Below, one piece after another: positions 28,616 through 45,764 of a DNA stretch of 64,000 nt (positions are counted from its first letter, which is position 1; each line of letters opens with the position of its first letter). This DNA comes from the human T2T-CHM13v2.0 reference genome, Homo sapiens, in NCBI RefSeq assembly GCF_009914755.1, contig NC_060926.1; one strand, 5' to 3'. The position numbers and the translations under genes are program-made. The notes below the pieces were generated by a model. That model saw only the letters and a program-made list of their open reading frames with translations. It made no database searches and was not told the origin of the DNA.

Positions 28616-31600
28616 TAAAATAATTTAGGAGAACCAATCAACAACCACATACCTTCTTTTTTCTAGATGGTAATCAGACAAAACTTCTTCTAGATAGCTG
28701 AATGACTTATAAGACATCCTTTTTTTGTCAGGTACTATTTGTCAGCAGTTGGACATTTTAGGTGGCCCTGTGTTTCTACCCTGCACAAAGCTCTCTGTAA
28801 GGGGTCTTTGGGGAAGACCAAGAAGCATGTGGCCTGCTCCTTGTCCTCACTCATGACCTGCTTGGTGAGAGCAGATAGTGACAAGCAAGGTTGTTTTATG
28901 GCACGTGGGTGGGTAGCTGGGGCTATGAGAAAACTTCAGATGGGTGAAGGCTGATCAGGGAAGGTTCCTGGAGGAGGGCAGAGAGGCTCTCTGAGCATTC
29001 CAGGTGGGGAGAAACCCCTGGAGAAAAAGTCTGGAAGCAGGAGGACCCAGGCAGGCACCTGCAGGGAGGCTGAGGCTGTGGAGTGGAGAAGCTCCAGTGC
29101 TGCCAGCCTGGCTCAGGAGCCTGTTTGTCTGTTTTCAATGTTTATGGGATAGAACAGCTTCTTTACAGTGATCTCTTTTTAATGGAGTTATTATAGAGCA
29201 AAAGACGTGTTTACCGGAAAGTTTAATTAAAATGTACTTCCTTGGGAATTATGTCCCAGGAGCAAATGAGTTTAAGCAGGTCACTTGGCACACACCCGTC
29301 CGGAGGTGCTGATCTCATTCCGGACTCCAGGGAGAGGTGTGGGAGGGGGTCTGAGCAAGGCAGGAGAGGAAGTGAGGTGGGGGCAGGGGAGGCAGCGAAG
29401 GGCAAGTGTGTTTGCTGTTCCTGTAGGAGCTTGTCTCGGGCAGACTTTCCAGGCTGTGGGGAAGCAATTGCTCCTCCTGCCTGGGAGCCAGCCTTCTGCA
29501 AGGGGCTTGAGACACAGTAGACAGCTGCTTCTGTGATCTCCAAGTGAATTTTCCAGACAAATGATTCCTGCCTGCCTGATGATAAGTCAGGCTCTTCCAC
29601 CTTGTTACCTAGGGTACCTTCTTCAGCCCTGCAGGGGCCTTTGAAATTTGAAAATTGCTACTAAAGCTGTCAAAGAGTTCACTCTGGTGGAGGATGAGAT
29701 GAGAAAGACAAGACAGCCCCAGCAAATGAATCCATCAGCAGGGCCTTGCTGGGTGTGAAGAGGTCCTTGGTCCTAACCAAGGTACAAGGAGATATAAGGC
29801 ACAGCTTTTGCCCTTGATTCTCTCTCTTGTTGGAAAAGCAAGAAGGTCTAGAAACATTTATTAAGTCCTCAACATGGTCTGGCCCTCTTCAGCATGATAG
29901 TGGTCTAAACCCCAAAATAACTGCCAAACGATTGGTTTAGCATCCGTGGTGCCATTTTGGAGAATTCTGAACAAGGCACGATGGGTGCAAAGTGATGGGG
30001 TTGGCGAGTGGTGGGTCTGAGCCTGGATCTCGGGTTCTTTGATGTGAGTTTGCACCATGATCTCCCAGCAGGATTTCCAAATGGGAACTGAGGCACAGGA
30101 AACATGTTTCCTTACTTGGATGTTTTTAGGCTTTACATACTCTGTTTTTCCTGCAGAAAGTCCTCCCCTGCCTTCTCTTTCTAAGGACTCGTGGACAAAG
30201 GCCCGCCTTCCAGAAGAATTCTGCAAAGACTTCCAGACAGTGTAGGAGACCTGCTCACACCACATCCCAGCTGCACACACTCCTGTTCATTTTCCTTTAT
30301 TTGTTGTCACTGCCACTAATCTGATCTTTCCAAGAGCACTGCAGGCATGCTGCCCAGTGCCTGGCATAGAGAGGTGCTCAGGAACTTGCCAGTTGAGGTG
30401 GCCTTCCGGGCACTCTGTTGCTGTGGATCACTGTCTATTGGTGATCAGTGGCAGGCCTTGGACTCCAGCCTGTCTGAGGTTGTTCCCAGGTGTCAGCGTC
30501 TGCAGGACCCTGATTCTCGCACGTAGCTGCCATGGCCGGGAAGCCAGGCGTGGTCTGGCTGAAGACACTCGGTCTGTGTTCTGAATGTCGGCATTCCTGA
30601 TGACGGAGGACGCTTCAGGCTTCTCTCTCATGTTGTGGTCTGAGAGAAGGGAGAAGGGAGAGTACTCTTGGGGTCTGGGGTAGGGTAGAACTCAGGCCAA
30701 GGAGAATCTCAGGCAGGGCTAGCAGAGATGGGAGCTCTTTTGTGGAGGGCTGGGACCGAAGGGAACAATGCTGGGGGCAGTTGGGCAGCAAGAGAAGCAC
30801 CATCCAGATGGGGCCCAGGACAGCCACAGGGCAGGTTGACAATTCTGACCAGGAGTGGGTAGAGTCCCAGCGCTCCACCCCCTTGTCCCAGTCAGAGTCC
30901 TCCCTGGCCTCTGAGAGCTTCCTGTCTAGTTCTCCCATACCAGGATCACGCCTGCTGCAGATGTGGTTGCCAGAGGCCTCTTCTGAAATTGCAGAACGTG
31001 CCATTCTCCTGCTGAAATCCCCTGACAGCGCCGTGGTCTGCGGATGTGGTGGGGTCTCAAGGTGGAATAACAACAAATCCCGCCGGGGAAGGCGCTTTTG
31101 AGTAGGCCACGTGCAGGCTGAGTCCTGAAGGTCCTCTGAGTCCTGAAGGTGGATGTTTATGTCAGCAGCAAGTGACACACTGGGGAGGCAGAGTGGGAAG
31201 CAAGGCGCTCCCTGGCAGAGAAATGGGGCAAAAGCATAAAGCCAGCAGCCAAGCCTGGTGAAGGAGCGCCAAGAATGCGGGAGCCGAAATCCGAGGGTGG
31301 GGAGGTGGGAGGTGTGGTTAGGACTCAGGAGGCAGAGGTACTAGGAGTGGACCCCAAAGGGTCTCGTGTGATCACTGAAGTTCACATCAGTGAGGAGCCC
31401 TGAAAGATGTTTTTTGTGTTTTGTTTTGTTTTTTCCTGTTATAATATTGCATGTAAAATACAATTGGAGGCGGGGGGAGGAAAATGAGGCTCTAGCTGTA
31501 TTTGGCTTTCTAGCCCTGTTTTTTCCATTCACCAAGACCTTGTGAGCATTTCACACAATCTGAAAATCCTTCATGCACATTTCTGTGACTGTGTAATTGT

Positions 31601-31668
31601 CTCTAAAACAGATGTGTCAAAGAGTGTTTACTGTTTTTCTAGTTTTTGATATTTAAGTTGTTTTCCCT

Positions 31669-31947
31669 CTTTTTTTTTTTTTTGAGATGGAGTCTCACTC
31701 TGTCATCCAGGCTGGAGTTCAGTGGTGTGATCTCGGCCCACTTCATCCTCTGCCTCCTGGGTTCAAGTGATTCTCCTGCCTCAGCCTCCTGAGTAGTTGG
31801 GACTATAGGCATGCCCAGCTAATTTTTGTATTAGATGGGATTTTGCCATGTTGGTTAGGCTGGTCTCAAACTCCTGACCTCAAGTGATCTGCCTGCCTCA
31901 GCCTCCCGAAGTGCTGGGGTTGCAGGAGTGAGCCACTGTACCTAACC
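31669..31947 (-). mobile_element. AluS with small internal deletions, inside an old L1M relic (~31430-32480)
   Basis: Alu body reverse; AT-rich L1-like flanks. Confidence 0.88.
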
Positions 31948-32793
31948 TGTTTTCACATTTTAGCAGTAAAAATAATGTGGTAATAAATACCCTATACATA
32001 TATCTTTAATTTGCATCTCTATTTTCCTAGAATGGATTTTTAGAAGGAAAATTCCTGGATAAAGAGACATGGACACTTTTAAAGCTGTTAATACCTGTTG
32101 TTGAATTGCTTTCTCAAAATGTTCCACACATTTCATGTTCTCTACTTGGCAGGACACTATAATGCCTGTCTCATTGTATCCTCATGATCAATGAGACTGA
32201 TGATTTTATAAAGAAGTAGATATTTTGAGAGGGGAAAAAAAGTATTTAGTTAAAATTAGACTTTCCTTGATTTTTGAAGTGAAAACATTTTCAGATATTT
32301 ATTTACCTTATTATGTATTTCTTCTGCAAATGGTTCTCTTCCTTTGCCCAAATTTTATTGGATAATTTTTCTTATTTATTTAGAAAAAGGCTTTGTATAA
32401 TATGTTCAACATGCTAACCCTTTATAGTTGTTGACTTTTTTTTTCAGTTTCCTATTTGCTTTTTAATTTTATGGATGTTATAATATAAATATCTAGATGG
32501 TAGCTCAATAGACCTTAACAACCTCAAGTTGGTGGAGCCAAGGATGTAGGGAGGGAAAAGGAAGCCCAAGATGACTTGCAGGTTTCTGTGTTGGACACTG
32601 GGGAGATGGTGGGAGCCTCAGATGATTCAGGAGGCTCAGAAGGAAGGCATGCTGTACTGCATTGAACATGCCTGCAAAAATTCTCAGCTGAGATGTTTGA
32701 GAAAGAGTTAGGGATAACATCTGAACCTCAGTCATTATATGCAGCCAAGAGTGTTTATTGAAAGAATGAATGGATATTTTGATTTAAATCTCA

Positions 32794-33572
<779 letters not shown>

Positions 33573-33689
33573 TCAACTTCATTTTCCTTTTTTTTTTTTA
33601 AATAAAAATCTGATCTCCACACTCCTCTCCAACCTGTAATTGGCTTCTTCTTCCCCATAGGGAGATGGGCCATGTTTTGGATACCTCAA

Positions 33690-33930
33690 GCCAGATTAAC
33701 TTTGGAGACGGGCAGAGGAATGTATTAAATGTTTATCATAACACATCTGCTCTCCATCTGCATTCAGTAATTTAGTCTTTTCTACAACAAGTGGTGTTAA
33801 TATGGCGTAATTGACTTTTCCATTACACTAGATTAATTAATAGGAATCAATATGTTAGAAACATTAACAAGGTACAGCACATTTAAAACCTTCAACAATT
33901 AGTACTCATTCCCTTGCATTTCTATCACTA
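33690..33930. promoter_or_regulatory. Candidate homeodomain-site-rich enhancer block
   Basis: Repeat-free with clustered TAAT/ATTA (taatt, gattaattaat) and FOX-like tgtttat. Confidence 0.4.
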
Positions 33931-35450
33931 AGGGGGAAAAGCCACCACCAGCAGCACCACCAATAACAACAACATGCCTGAAAACTCTGTTTTTCATGAA
34001 GAAAGGTCAGAGCATTTTGGTTTGTTTTTTGCTTCTGCTTTGTAACCTGGCAAAATCAGATAAAACCATATAGTATTTTATTTTATAGCATGCCTATAAT
34101 TTGGTGTCACTGGCATGAAAATGCTCCTCCCCTGGAAAATTCCTAAAATAAGGGTCTTTTCCTTGGGGCTGGATCACTTTGAAAGGTATTTGTCATGGAG
34201 GATCTACAGGACGGTGTAGGGGGGCCAGGAATGTGTCCCCGCAGGTTGCCAGACTCTTTGTCAATCTGCTGTCCTGCCGCCTTCCATTGTGGCCTCCCAT
34301 TGCGCTGGGGAACAGGGAAGGAACTTTCCCTTGCAGATCAGCTGCCCTTACGGAGCATCCGGTCAAGAGGTGCCTCTCTCTGCATCCTGCTCCATCTGCA
34401 GAATGGTTGCAGCCAGACGCAGGTCTCCATGAGGAGGGGATCAGAACCTGGCATAGCTGCCTGCTCATCATAGTCTGAAAAAAATCCACAATTGAGTCTC
34501 AGCCACGCTCCCTCATCACTCCTGTTGAACATCATGGCAGTGATGGAGGGGGTGAAACTGAGTCCCAGAGAGGAAAGAGACCAGTGTGAGATCTCCTGAC
34601 AATTAGAGACAGATCCTTGGGGAGAACCCAGATCTCCTTCAGCTCAAAAACTATCACTTGAAAATAAATGTTGAGAGGGTCCACTCACAGCAATCTCCAT
34701 GTAATACTAATTTTTGGTTCAAGGATCACTTCCAGAAAGCACGGTGTGATCCCGGCCTTACAAATAGTATTACTAAAAATGTCTTGGGGGGTGCAATGTG
34801 TATGATTGAATTTCCGATGTGTTTATTTTGCTCTGTTTGATTTTTCTTAGTTATTTCAAACTGGGAAATTACAGTTCAGGACTCAAAGGCACAAAGTGGT
34901 GAAGAAGGAAGGGTCTGAAGGAATATCCCTGTGCCCGTGGCCCATGTATCTGGGCCTAGGCAGGCTGGGCTGGGGCTGTGGGATGAGGCCTGGCCAGCTG
35001 GCTGCTTTGGGGACCGCCAGCCCCTCTCGGGCCTCCTCAGCGTTGCCTGGAGACCGTGCAACAATGCTTCCCGAGCAGCCCAGCGATGATCTTTTCTGAA
35101 GTGGCAGCCCCTTCAATTATTTTATTTCCATTATATTACGTTAATTAAATCAGCAAAAAGAACAGAGCACATGCATGTCCAAAGTGGAGTGGCTGTGAAG
35201 GGTTAATCGAAATGGCCCTGGCTGCTGCTGGGTGAGCAGGAGCCGCCAGCCAAGGACAGACCATATTCCATCGGGCCCAGCCAGGGTGAACATCAGGAAG
35301 CATGGTGGGCCTCGCCTGGGCCTGCATGTTGGTCTCTGTTTCTACAGTGCTCCTGGACCCCTGGCTGCCTCTGGTGGGTGCAGATGCAGCTGGAGCACCT
35401 GGCTGGGGGCTGTAGGGAAGGGACCCTGTGGCCCTATGAAAGACAGCTTA

Positions 35451-35969
<519 letters not shown>

Positions 35970-38090
35970 CTAGTGCTTTAGAGCTCCCTTAGGTGTAGCA
36001 AAACCAGGGGTTTTATCTGGGCTGCTGGTTTTGGGCTTCTGACAACATAGCTCTCCTATTCTAATGTTCCAACACCTGCAAACATGGGCTTTAGGACTGG
36101 GGATTTCTGTGGTTGAAAACAAAAGTTGCCCTCCTGCCTCAATTTACTTGCCTGTATAATGAACATAAAACAATATATGGCTTCCTGGGCTCATAAACTT
36201 TAAGAAGTGATGCATAAAGGCTGCTTCCCTGTCTGTCATAAACTCTTTGGGGAAGGTGATCAGCCTACTTCTTGAGGGTGTCTTTGTGTTTTTGTAAACA
36301 CAGTGCTCAGAATATCATCCTTCCACCTCTTCTCTTACAGATGGGCAGTAAGGTTGCTGTTTGAGGCTATTACTTCACTCTTGGGCTTCTACCGAGACCT
36401 GTCTAGGAGCCCGAGGATCTGCACCATCTGATTCTGGTCTTGTTTCTAACTTACTGTGAGACAGGAGACCGCCCCTCCGGTCTCTGGCCTGTGATTTCTT
36501 CCTCACTCAGTGAAGGAGTTACTGTCAATGATCTCCTAGGTTCCTCCGCAGCTGTGGCATCCTCTCATTTGAATACCATCAATAAAAATAGCAATGCAAT
36601 GCCTTATGTTTAAAAGGCAACCGAGCAATTACTCTAAAGTTTATTTCCTGCTCCCTCCAATGTTGCAAATCTCCTCAGTTTTAAAATTAAGTTGTAAATG
36701 AGATTTGAGTTCCACATCACTTGCTTTGTTCTCTCTCCAAGAGAAAGAGTTGAATCACCAGTTCAAAGCAAACTTACACATAACTGAAATTCAAAGGCGG
36801 TTGGAGGGATTTTCTTTCTCCTAATCTTGGTTACTGGGTTCGCCATGTGATTAACCTTCCACAGCCACCACTGTGAAGAAGTGAGTCCCTGATCCAACAC
36901 TGGCAGTCACCGCCCCAGGGTTTAAAGGACAAAGTCCAGCATCAGCTCCATCACCTTCAATGTCCTAGAAATAATAGAAAACAGTTTAAAAAGTGCTCAC
37001 TGTGGGCCAGGTATTTTACATATATGACATTTTTAAAGACTTCTCTGGACTATTCTTTGAGGTAGATATTTTTACACCCACTTTACTGATCATGAAACTG
37101 AGGCACAGATAGTTTAAGTAACTTGCTCAAGATCTTACAATTTCACCAGATCTTGTAAATCTGGTGGGTGATGGACCAGGGGTCCAGCCCAAGCTGTCTG
37201 CTTCCTCAGTGCTTTGCTCTTGATCCCTGAACTTGACTCACATATAACCCCTGTGGAAAAGAAAGGGCTGAGAGATCTTCTGGTCGTACTTCCCTTGTGA
37301 TGCTCGAATCTCCTGCAAGGCCTCCTGCATGGACATACTCCCAGAGATGAGGAATCCCTTCCCTTTGAAGACAATCAGTCATTCATTCAGTTGACAAACA
37401 GGCACAGGCCCCATGTGAGGTCCAGACCCTGTGCTCAGTACTGGGCCATAAGGATGAATGCATCACAGTTCCTCCTGCTGGGGACCTGTGGCCTTGAACA
37501 GCTCTGTCTGCCAGAAAACTCGGCCTTTACTGAACTGGAAAAGATGTCCCTGTAACTAAAGGGTCTGTGTGATTACTGCTTAAACCAGGACACTGCTGAG
37601 AGTGAACGGGGACTCATAATAATTATGTTTCGGGGACAGGCAGAAACGGGGCCTGTACCCTGCAAACAGGGACACAAGGAAGCAACCTACACACCACATC
37701 CTGAGTGCTTGTCTGGCTTTGGGTCCACACATCAGCCCTTCTGACATCTGAAGACCATTGTCTTGCTGGCTCAGAGCCCTCCTCTTCTCCAGCCCTCTCC
37801 CAGTTCCTTAAATGATTCTTCATCTCCTTAGTTTGGATCCCTGCCCCCAACATTCTCTCTCTCCTTGGGATCATGTATGAAATTCTCTGTGTGGCTTCCT
37901 GGTCCTTCCCGGATCTGGCCTGATTCAGTTGGGAGAGAAGGAATCTTCCCCTTCTTGGGGAAAGAAGAGGGCTGACATTGTGACAGTCTGGGATTCTGAC
38001 AGAATGTGGAGGGTGGAGGTGAGAACAATGTCACAGTGCTCTGTGTTTAGCAGCGGGGCAGTGCTCAGAAATTCAAGATGAAATGATTTG

Positions 38091-38186
38091 GGAGAGAGGT
38101 CAGAGAAATATGCTTCACTAGTATTCCTCAGGCTTTGAAAACTTTGGAAAAAAGCATTTATTTTTAGGTGAGATTTTTCCTTTAAC
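38091..38186 (+). repeat. Copy 1 of a 96-bp dispersed duplication
   Basis: Ungapped match to 39918-40013 with 14 mismatches. Confidence 0.92.
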
Positions 38187-39281
38187 GCATCAGCCTTGAG
38201 ACCATAAATCTTTATTTATTCACTTAGACAACAAACATTGATTGACTAGCAGTTACTTGCAGGCTACACACATAATATAGTCTCTGCTTTCAAAGAACTC
38301 AGCATTTAGGTGGTGACAGGGTGGTGAACAGAGTGGCTGAGTGCTCTGATAACAGGTGCCACGAGAGAGGGAGCATCTACTTATCTCTTCAGGGGGTGTC
38401 AGGCTTCACAGAATAGATATTTGCTGAACTGTTTCTCAGAGGATGAGCAGAAATTTTCCTGGCAGGGAAGGGGCATGAGAACACCCCAGGCAGAAGGAGC
38501 AGCATGTACAGGAGATGAGGGACATGTGTGTTCAGGTGGCTCCTGGTGACTGGTGGCGGGTGGAAGTTACAGGAGATGCAGGATGGAGAGGCGGGACTTT
38601 GATGCCACTCAAAGCACTTGGCTCTGTACTGGGAGAGACCTGGACCTTCATGAACCACTTTGCAACACAGAACATTGGTGGGTGGATTCTGATGTCCATG
38701 CAATTAATTCAAGTGAGCTCCAGCATGAAGCACCCAGGAGAAAATGCTTTTAATTGAGAGACATGTTTTTCAAATGTTGCTCAGCTGCCAGCTCCTGTGT
38801 GCTCTGGCAGGAATGGCAAGTGATACTTAGCTTTCTTCAAGCTCCATTAATCTGCCCATTTCTTTTGCTTCAAATCCCACTTCAAACACACAGCGGCTCC
38901 TCACACTCATAATGAAATAAATGATTTATAATCCTGTTGGGAGCCAGCAAGCCTCCTGTCTGGTGGTTCAGGTGGTTAGGGCAGGCTGGGTTGATCCAGG
39001 TGACCTTTCAGAGTGCATCAGAGGACAGACAGTGGCTCTCCTCACCTTCCCAAACACAGTCTTACACAGGCATGCACACATACATACATACTTGGCTGCA
39101 TGGACCTTGCCCTGTCTTTACTCCTTTCTCGTGACCATGTGGGTTCCCCTGGGAAAGCCCAGTGACTTGGTCAAAGGACAGTGTTCCAGTGGCTTCTGTG
39201 GAGTAAGCCACTGAGTGCTGAGTGCCACTTTATATGCCCAGTACCTAAGTTCATAATATTATGTGACATAAAAAGATGCCA

Positions 39282-39609
<328 letters not shown>

Positions 39610-39917
39610 TCAGTGAGGGGAAAACCTGAGCTACAGAAAGGTTAAGTGACAGGCACCAGTTTGCATTAAACTAGTAGTTGGTAGAATGAGGATGTGAACC
39701 TCTGACAGTTCCAATGCCAGTTCAAGGACCTGGCCTCTTTCACTCTACCCCAGGTTCTATCAGGCAGGCACCACTGGCTCACCTCCTGTTGTCCAGAACT
39801 GAGATTGGGATGAAGCATCTGAATCTATGCCATTGCTTATAGAAAAGGTTTGGAAGTTGGGATCAGAGGTAGAGTTCATTGATTCACTTGTTCACCAGCC
39901 TCTTCTGAGTGCCTGCT

Positions 39918-40013
39918 GGAGACAGGTCAGAAAAATATGTTTCACTGGCATTTCTCAGGCTTGGAAAGCTTTGGAAAAACATATTTGATTTTAGGTGAGA
40001 TTTTTCTTTTAAC
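39918..40013 (+). repeat. Copy 2 of a 96-bp dispersed duplication, embedded in an L2-like relic
   Basis: Matches 38091-38186. Flanks read as a continuous L2 3' end. Confidence 0.9.
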
Positions 40014-40431
40014 CTTGGATGACTTTGCATCCTGGGCTGGGGATGAGGAATAGAAATAATGCAGCTCCCACTCTCAGCACGTTAGTCTCCAGAAAGAGAA
40101 GTGCGGGATCTATCCGCAGGCTACAGTGTGATCAAGGGGAACCTCAAGCAAGGGAGAGGGGCTCTGAGACCTGAGGAAGTCAGGCCCTGGGTCTGAAGGA
40201 CTCCCCAGAGTAATGACTTTGCAGCAGAGTCCTAATGGCTGGAGTTCCCCAGCTAAGCAAGGCCGGGAAGGGTGTTCCAGGCAGAGGGAACGGCGGTGTG
40301 AGGGCAGAGTGCTCAGAAGGAAAGAGAAAGCTGGGGAGGGTGGCCAGATAGTTTATTGTTCAAATTGGAGTTTTTTTCTACCAAATTTTTAGATTGACAA
40401 ATGTTATACCACATAGGAGTTGAAAAAATAG

Positions 40432-40779
<348 letters not shown>

Positions 40780-41211
40780 TAACATCTTCCTGTATTTGTT
40801 TTACTTTTCCTCTATATGCGTTGTGTGTGTGTGTGTGTCGGCGGGGGGTGCTTTCTGTATGTATACATTTTTTTCTGAACTATTTGAAGGTAGGTTGCAG
40901 GCTTGACACTTTACCCCTAAAATGTATCATTTATCTGTAAAATGACAATAGCTTTATTTCAGTGTCATAAAAATAAGGAAGAGGATACAGTATGTACAAA
41001 AAGTCTGACATGATACCTTGAATATAGCAGCCACGCAATCAAAGTTAACACTGAGCATCTAGCGAGGGCTAGCTATGGACCAGCACTTCCCGCAGAAAAT
41101 CTCATAACCACTTGCTGGAGAGGTATTGCCACTCCCATTTCACAGGAGGAGAGAACTGAGGCTCAGGGCGGAGGATGACTTGCCCATGGTCTCACAGCTA
41201 TTAAGTAATGA

Positions 41212-41887
<676 letters not shown>

Positions 41888-42722
41888 AAAAGCCTGTGTT
41901 CATTCTACTGCCTCTGGGTAGATATGAATTCTCTCACCTTGAGCTTGGGATTCAGTTTCTATGCAGGGGAAAATGGACCCAAACTCACTTTGGCTTGACT
42001 CGAGGTTTCTTCCTCAATCTTATGTTGATTATTACACTGTAGCTAGAGAGACTTATTATACACGGAACAGAAAAATGAAGAACAATTTGCTTTAGAAATT
42101 CCTCTAAAATCCTTTATATGTCAATGAAAACTGCTCATAAACACATATCACATTCTTATGAAAATATTTGAGCAGTCAGAAAGATAGTGCAAAAGGATAC
42201 TGTACTGAGAATTAGGGCACCAGCTCTAATTGGCTGTTTCAACTTGAACTATTCCTTTCCCTCTCTCAGCCTCAATTTCCTATTCTGTAGAATGGGGATG
42301 AAAAATCCTAACTTGTCTACCTGCAGAGTGTTGAAGGAATTAAAAGACGTGATGAAGGCAAAAGCAATTAGTAAACTCTGCAATGCAGCACATAAGGGAG
42401 GGGTTGTTGATAGACCTCCTGGATTGCGAAGGGAAGCAGAGAACCTCCCTCTAGCTGGTATGCAGCTGCAATCTCAATCTGGAACAATGTTATCAACTTT
42501 TGAGATGTTTCCTTATTTCCTTCAGGGAAGTGGGGGGAAAATAATTTTTGGCTTAGACCTTAGACAGTACTTAGTGATCGTGACCTCCTAAATATGCCTC
42601 CTTGAGTGTAAGCATCCCCAACTCATAAGTTCCAATGGGGCAGACACTTCGCCTTGTTCACTGCTGCAGCCCTAGCACCTAAAACAATGTTAAGCCTGTA
42701 GTATATGCTCAATAAATATTTA

Positions 42723-43023
<301 letters not shown>

Positions 43024-43344
43024 TTATGGAATAAATTGATCAAATGATTAGCCATAACTCACACTGAGAGACACATGAGAGAGGGCAGGGAGACTTTTCA
43101 TATCTGTATCCACAGTGCTGAGCATCACATGACACAAAGCCTTGGAATGATTGGAGGATTTGCTTAGTCATTATTATATCCCAACCTTGACGTGAACCTA
43201 AAGGTTCAAACTATGATTACATTTCATTTTAGTACCAGTGGTATTTTCTTTAAGCAATGCAAATTAAAGCTGTATCAGTCAGCTTTTGTTAGACTATCGT
43301 TAGTAACAAATACCATCAAAATGTCAGTGGACTATAAAAAAAAA

Positions 43345-43657
43345 TGCAGGGTGCAGGGGCTCATGCCTGAAATCTGAGAGCTTTGAGAGGCTGAGGAGGG
43401 AGATCTCTTGAAGCCAGGAGTTCAAGACCAGCCTAGGGAACATAAGGAGACCCCTGCCTCTACAAACAATAAGAGAAAACACTAGCTGGGCATGATGCTA
43501 CATGCCTGTAGTCCCAGCTATTCTTTGGGAGGTTAAGGCAAGAGGATCACTTAAGCCCAGGAGTTTGAGGTTGCAGTGAGCTCTGACCTTGCCACTGCAA
43601 TGTAGCCTGGGTAACAGTGTGAGACCCTGTCTGTAAAATAAATAAATAAATACAAAA
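43345..43657 (+). mobile_element. AluJ inserted in an old MLT1-type LTR (~43272-43980)
   Basis: Diverged Alu; flanks carry MLT1 motifs (cacttctgctcatgttccactggcaaagcaggtcatgtgaccaagcc). Confidence 0.85.
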
Positions 43658-44229
43658 TGAAAACAATTTTTTTATTATTGTTTTTTAGGTCATCAAGTCA
43701 GCTGAGGCTCTGATCCAGTACTTTCTCATTCTGAGGCTGAAAGTATAGCCCCTGATCTTGATTTTGTGGCAGAGGGGAAAACAAAGAAATGGCCAAACCA
43801 GGCAGTGAATCTCGCAACCTCTGTTAGATGTGATAGCATCACTTCTGCTCATGTTCCACTGGCAAAGCAGGTCATGTGACCAAGCCTGATGTGGGTGTGG
43901 GTGGGGTGGATATTACTCACGAAGGGGCTCTGCAAGGCATGTGGTAGGGGGTGGGGCTGCTCAGTTCTCCTCTAGGCAGAGAGCGCGCAATCAACCACCC
44001 TGGCCTTCAAAACACTTTGACTTCTTTGAAGGCCAAAGTTTTGGCCTCTCATGAGATCCCAGAATCCCAGAATGTCTGGCTAGAGGAGGCTTTGAGATGA
44101 AGCCACCGTGATTACAAATCAGGAAGCTGAAATACAGGGAATAGAAAGGACCTCATCGTGGATTTTACAGATGCTATTGGAACATTGAAAATGTTCCCCC
44201 AATTTTATGACGTTGACATAAGAACTACA

Positions 44230-44394
44230 GGCTGGCCATGGGAATGGTGGGGGCCTGGAATCCCAGCTACTCTGGAGGCTGAGGTGAAAGAATCACTTGA
44301 GCCCAGGAATTAGAGGCTTCAGGGAGCCATGATTACGCCACTGCACTCCAGTCTGGGTGACAGAGCAAGATCCCAACTCTAAAAAAAAAATAAA
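44230..44394 (+). mobile_element. Alu right monomer (FRAM-like)
   Basis: Monomer with A-tail. Confidence 0.8.
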
Positions 44395-45442
44395 CCAACT
44401 ACCAAAGTCAATGTTGCTTTAAAAGTTGTACAGAACAGAGAATGAAAGTGCCCTCTTCACTGGACTTACCTGCATCTCCCACTGCCTAGCACAACTTTTG
44501 GCCCCGAGGGTACAAATAATGGACAGCATATGGCTGCTTTCCTCATGGAGCCCATATAGAGTCCAGAGGACAAGAGATGAAACCTACAATGACAGCATAA
44601 CACGATACACTCAGGAAGTATGGAGGCACAGAATGGGGTGGCCCCAACCAAGATTCAGGATGAGAAAAGGCTTTCTGAAGAAGAGACTGTTGGAGAAACA
44701 GCCAAGGCTGAGATGTGCAAAGAAAGTATGGTGCATCTGGGAATAGTGAGCAGTTGAAGGGCCTTAGGCATTGTGCAAAGAGTCTGGAAGGGCAGCCACT
44801 GAAGGGTCAGGTGTTTCTTTCAGAAGCATTGACCTGGCATCCTTCTGAAGAGGATGTGTTGGGGGGTGCCAGAGACTGCCCTGGGCCCCAGTTGGAGTTC
44901 TCCTGTGGGATCCTAACAGTGATGACATCTTACATTTGTGCCTACTCCCACTTGCCCATGTACACACAGGCGGGCATCTGATGGGATCCCCATAACACCT
45001 TGTGTGCCAGAACTGTGGTCCGTGTTTTGCAGATGAGGGAACTGAGACTTGAAGAAATGAAGGAACACGCACAAGAGAACACACGGGAAGTAAGGAACCA
45101 CACTGACATGCTCTCCGCAGGCCTGCTTGACTGCATAGCCCCTCTTCTTCCCAGCTGCCCTCTGCCCTTCCCCTGGTAGGTGGTGGAGACTGCCAGTTAC
45201 ACCCAGGGCTGATTGTCCTTAATTCATAAACGGTCCCTCCCACCCAGCCTTCTGATCTGCCATTTGTAGGATTTTGTTTCACTAGAAAATACCTTGGCAC
45301 ACAGGAAATGCTCAAAAAGTATTTGTGGAGTGAAGGAAGGATGGAATCTGAGCTGCACAGATTACTGTGCATTGGGTCCCTTCTGTCATTCCGGGGTATG
45401 GATTTAGCAAGGGGGCTGGTCAGAGTGAGGCCTTGATTTTAA

Positions 45443-45764
<322 letters not shown>

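Noticed and set aside
31118-31150. Short tandem duplications (ctgagtcctgaaggt x2; also 26706-26745, 27685-27726, 14036-14072, 6992-7057)
   Set aside because: Real but ordinary slippage or repair duplications with no sign of function.
30615-31178. 187-aa and overlapping 119-aa ORFs in GC-rich unique DNA
   Set aside because: No recognisable domain or exon structure; expected by chance at this GC content.
31200-31222. CTCF-like motif (reverse ctgccagggagcgcc); G-rich runs at ~1598, 31294, 43893 and 51037
   Set aside because: Only a partial motif match, and the G-runs have three G3 tracts, short of a canonical G-quadruplex.
44764-45372. 202-aa minus-strand ORF
   Set aside because: It overlaps a MIR core (SQFPHLQN in another frame) and has no recognisable homology.
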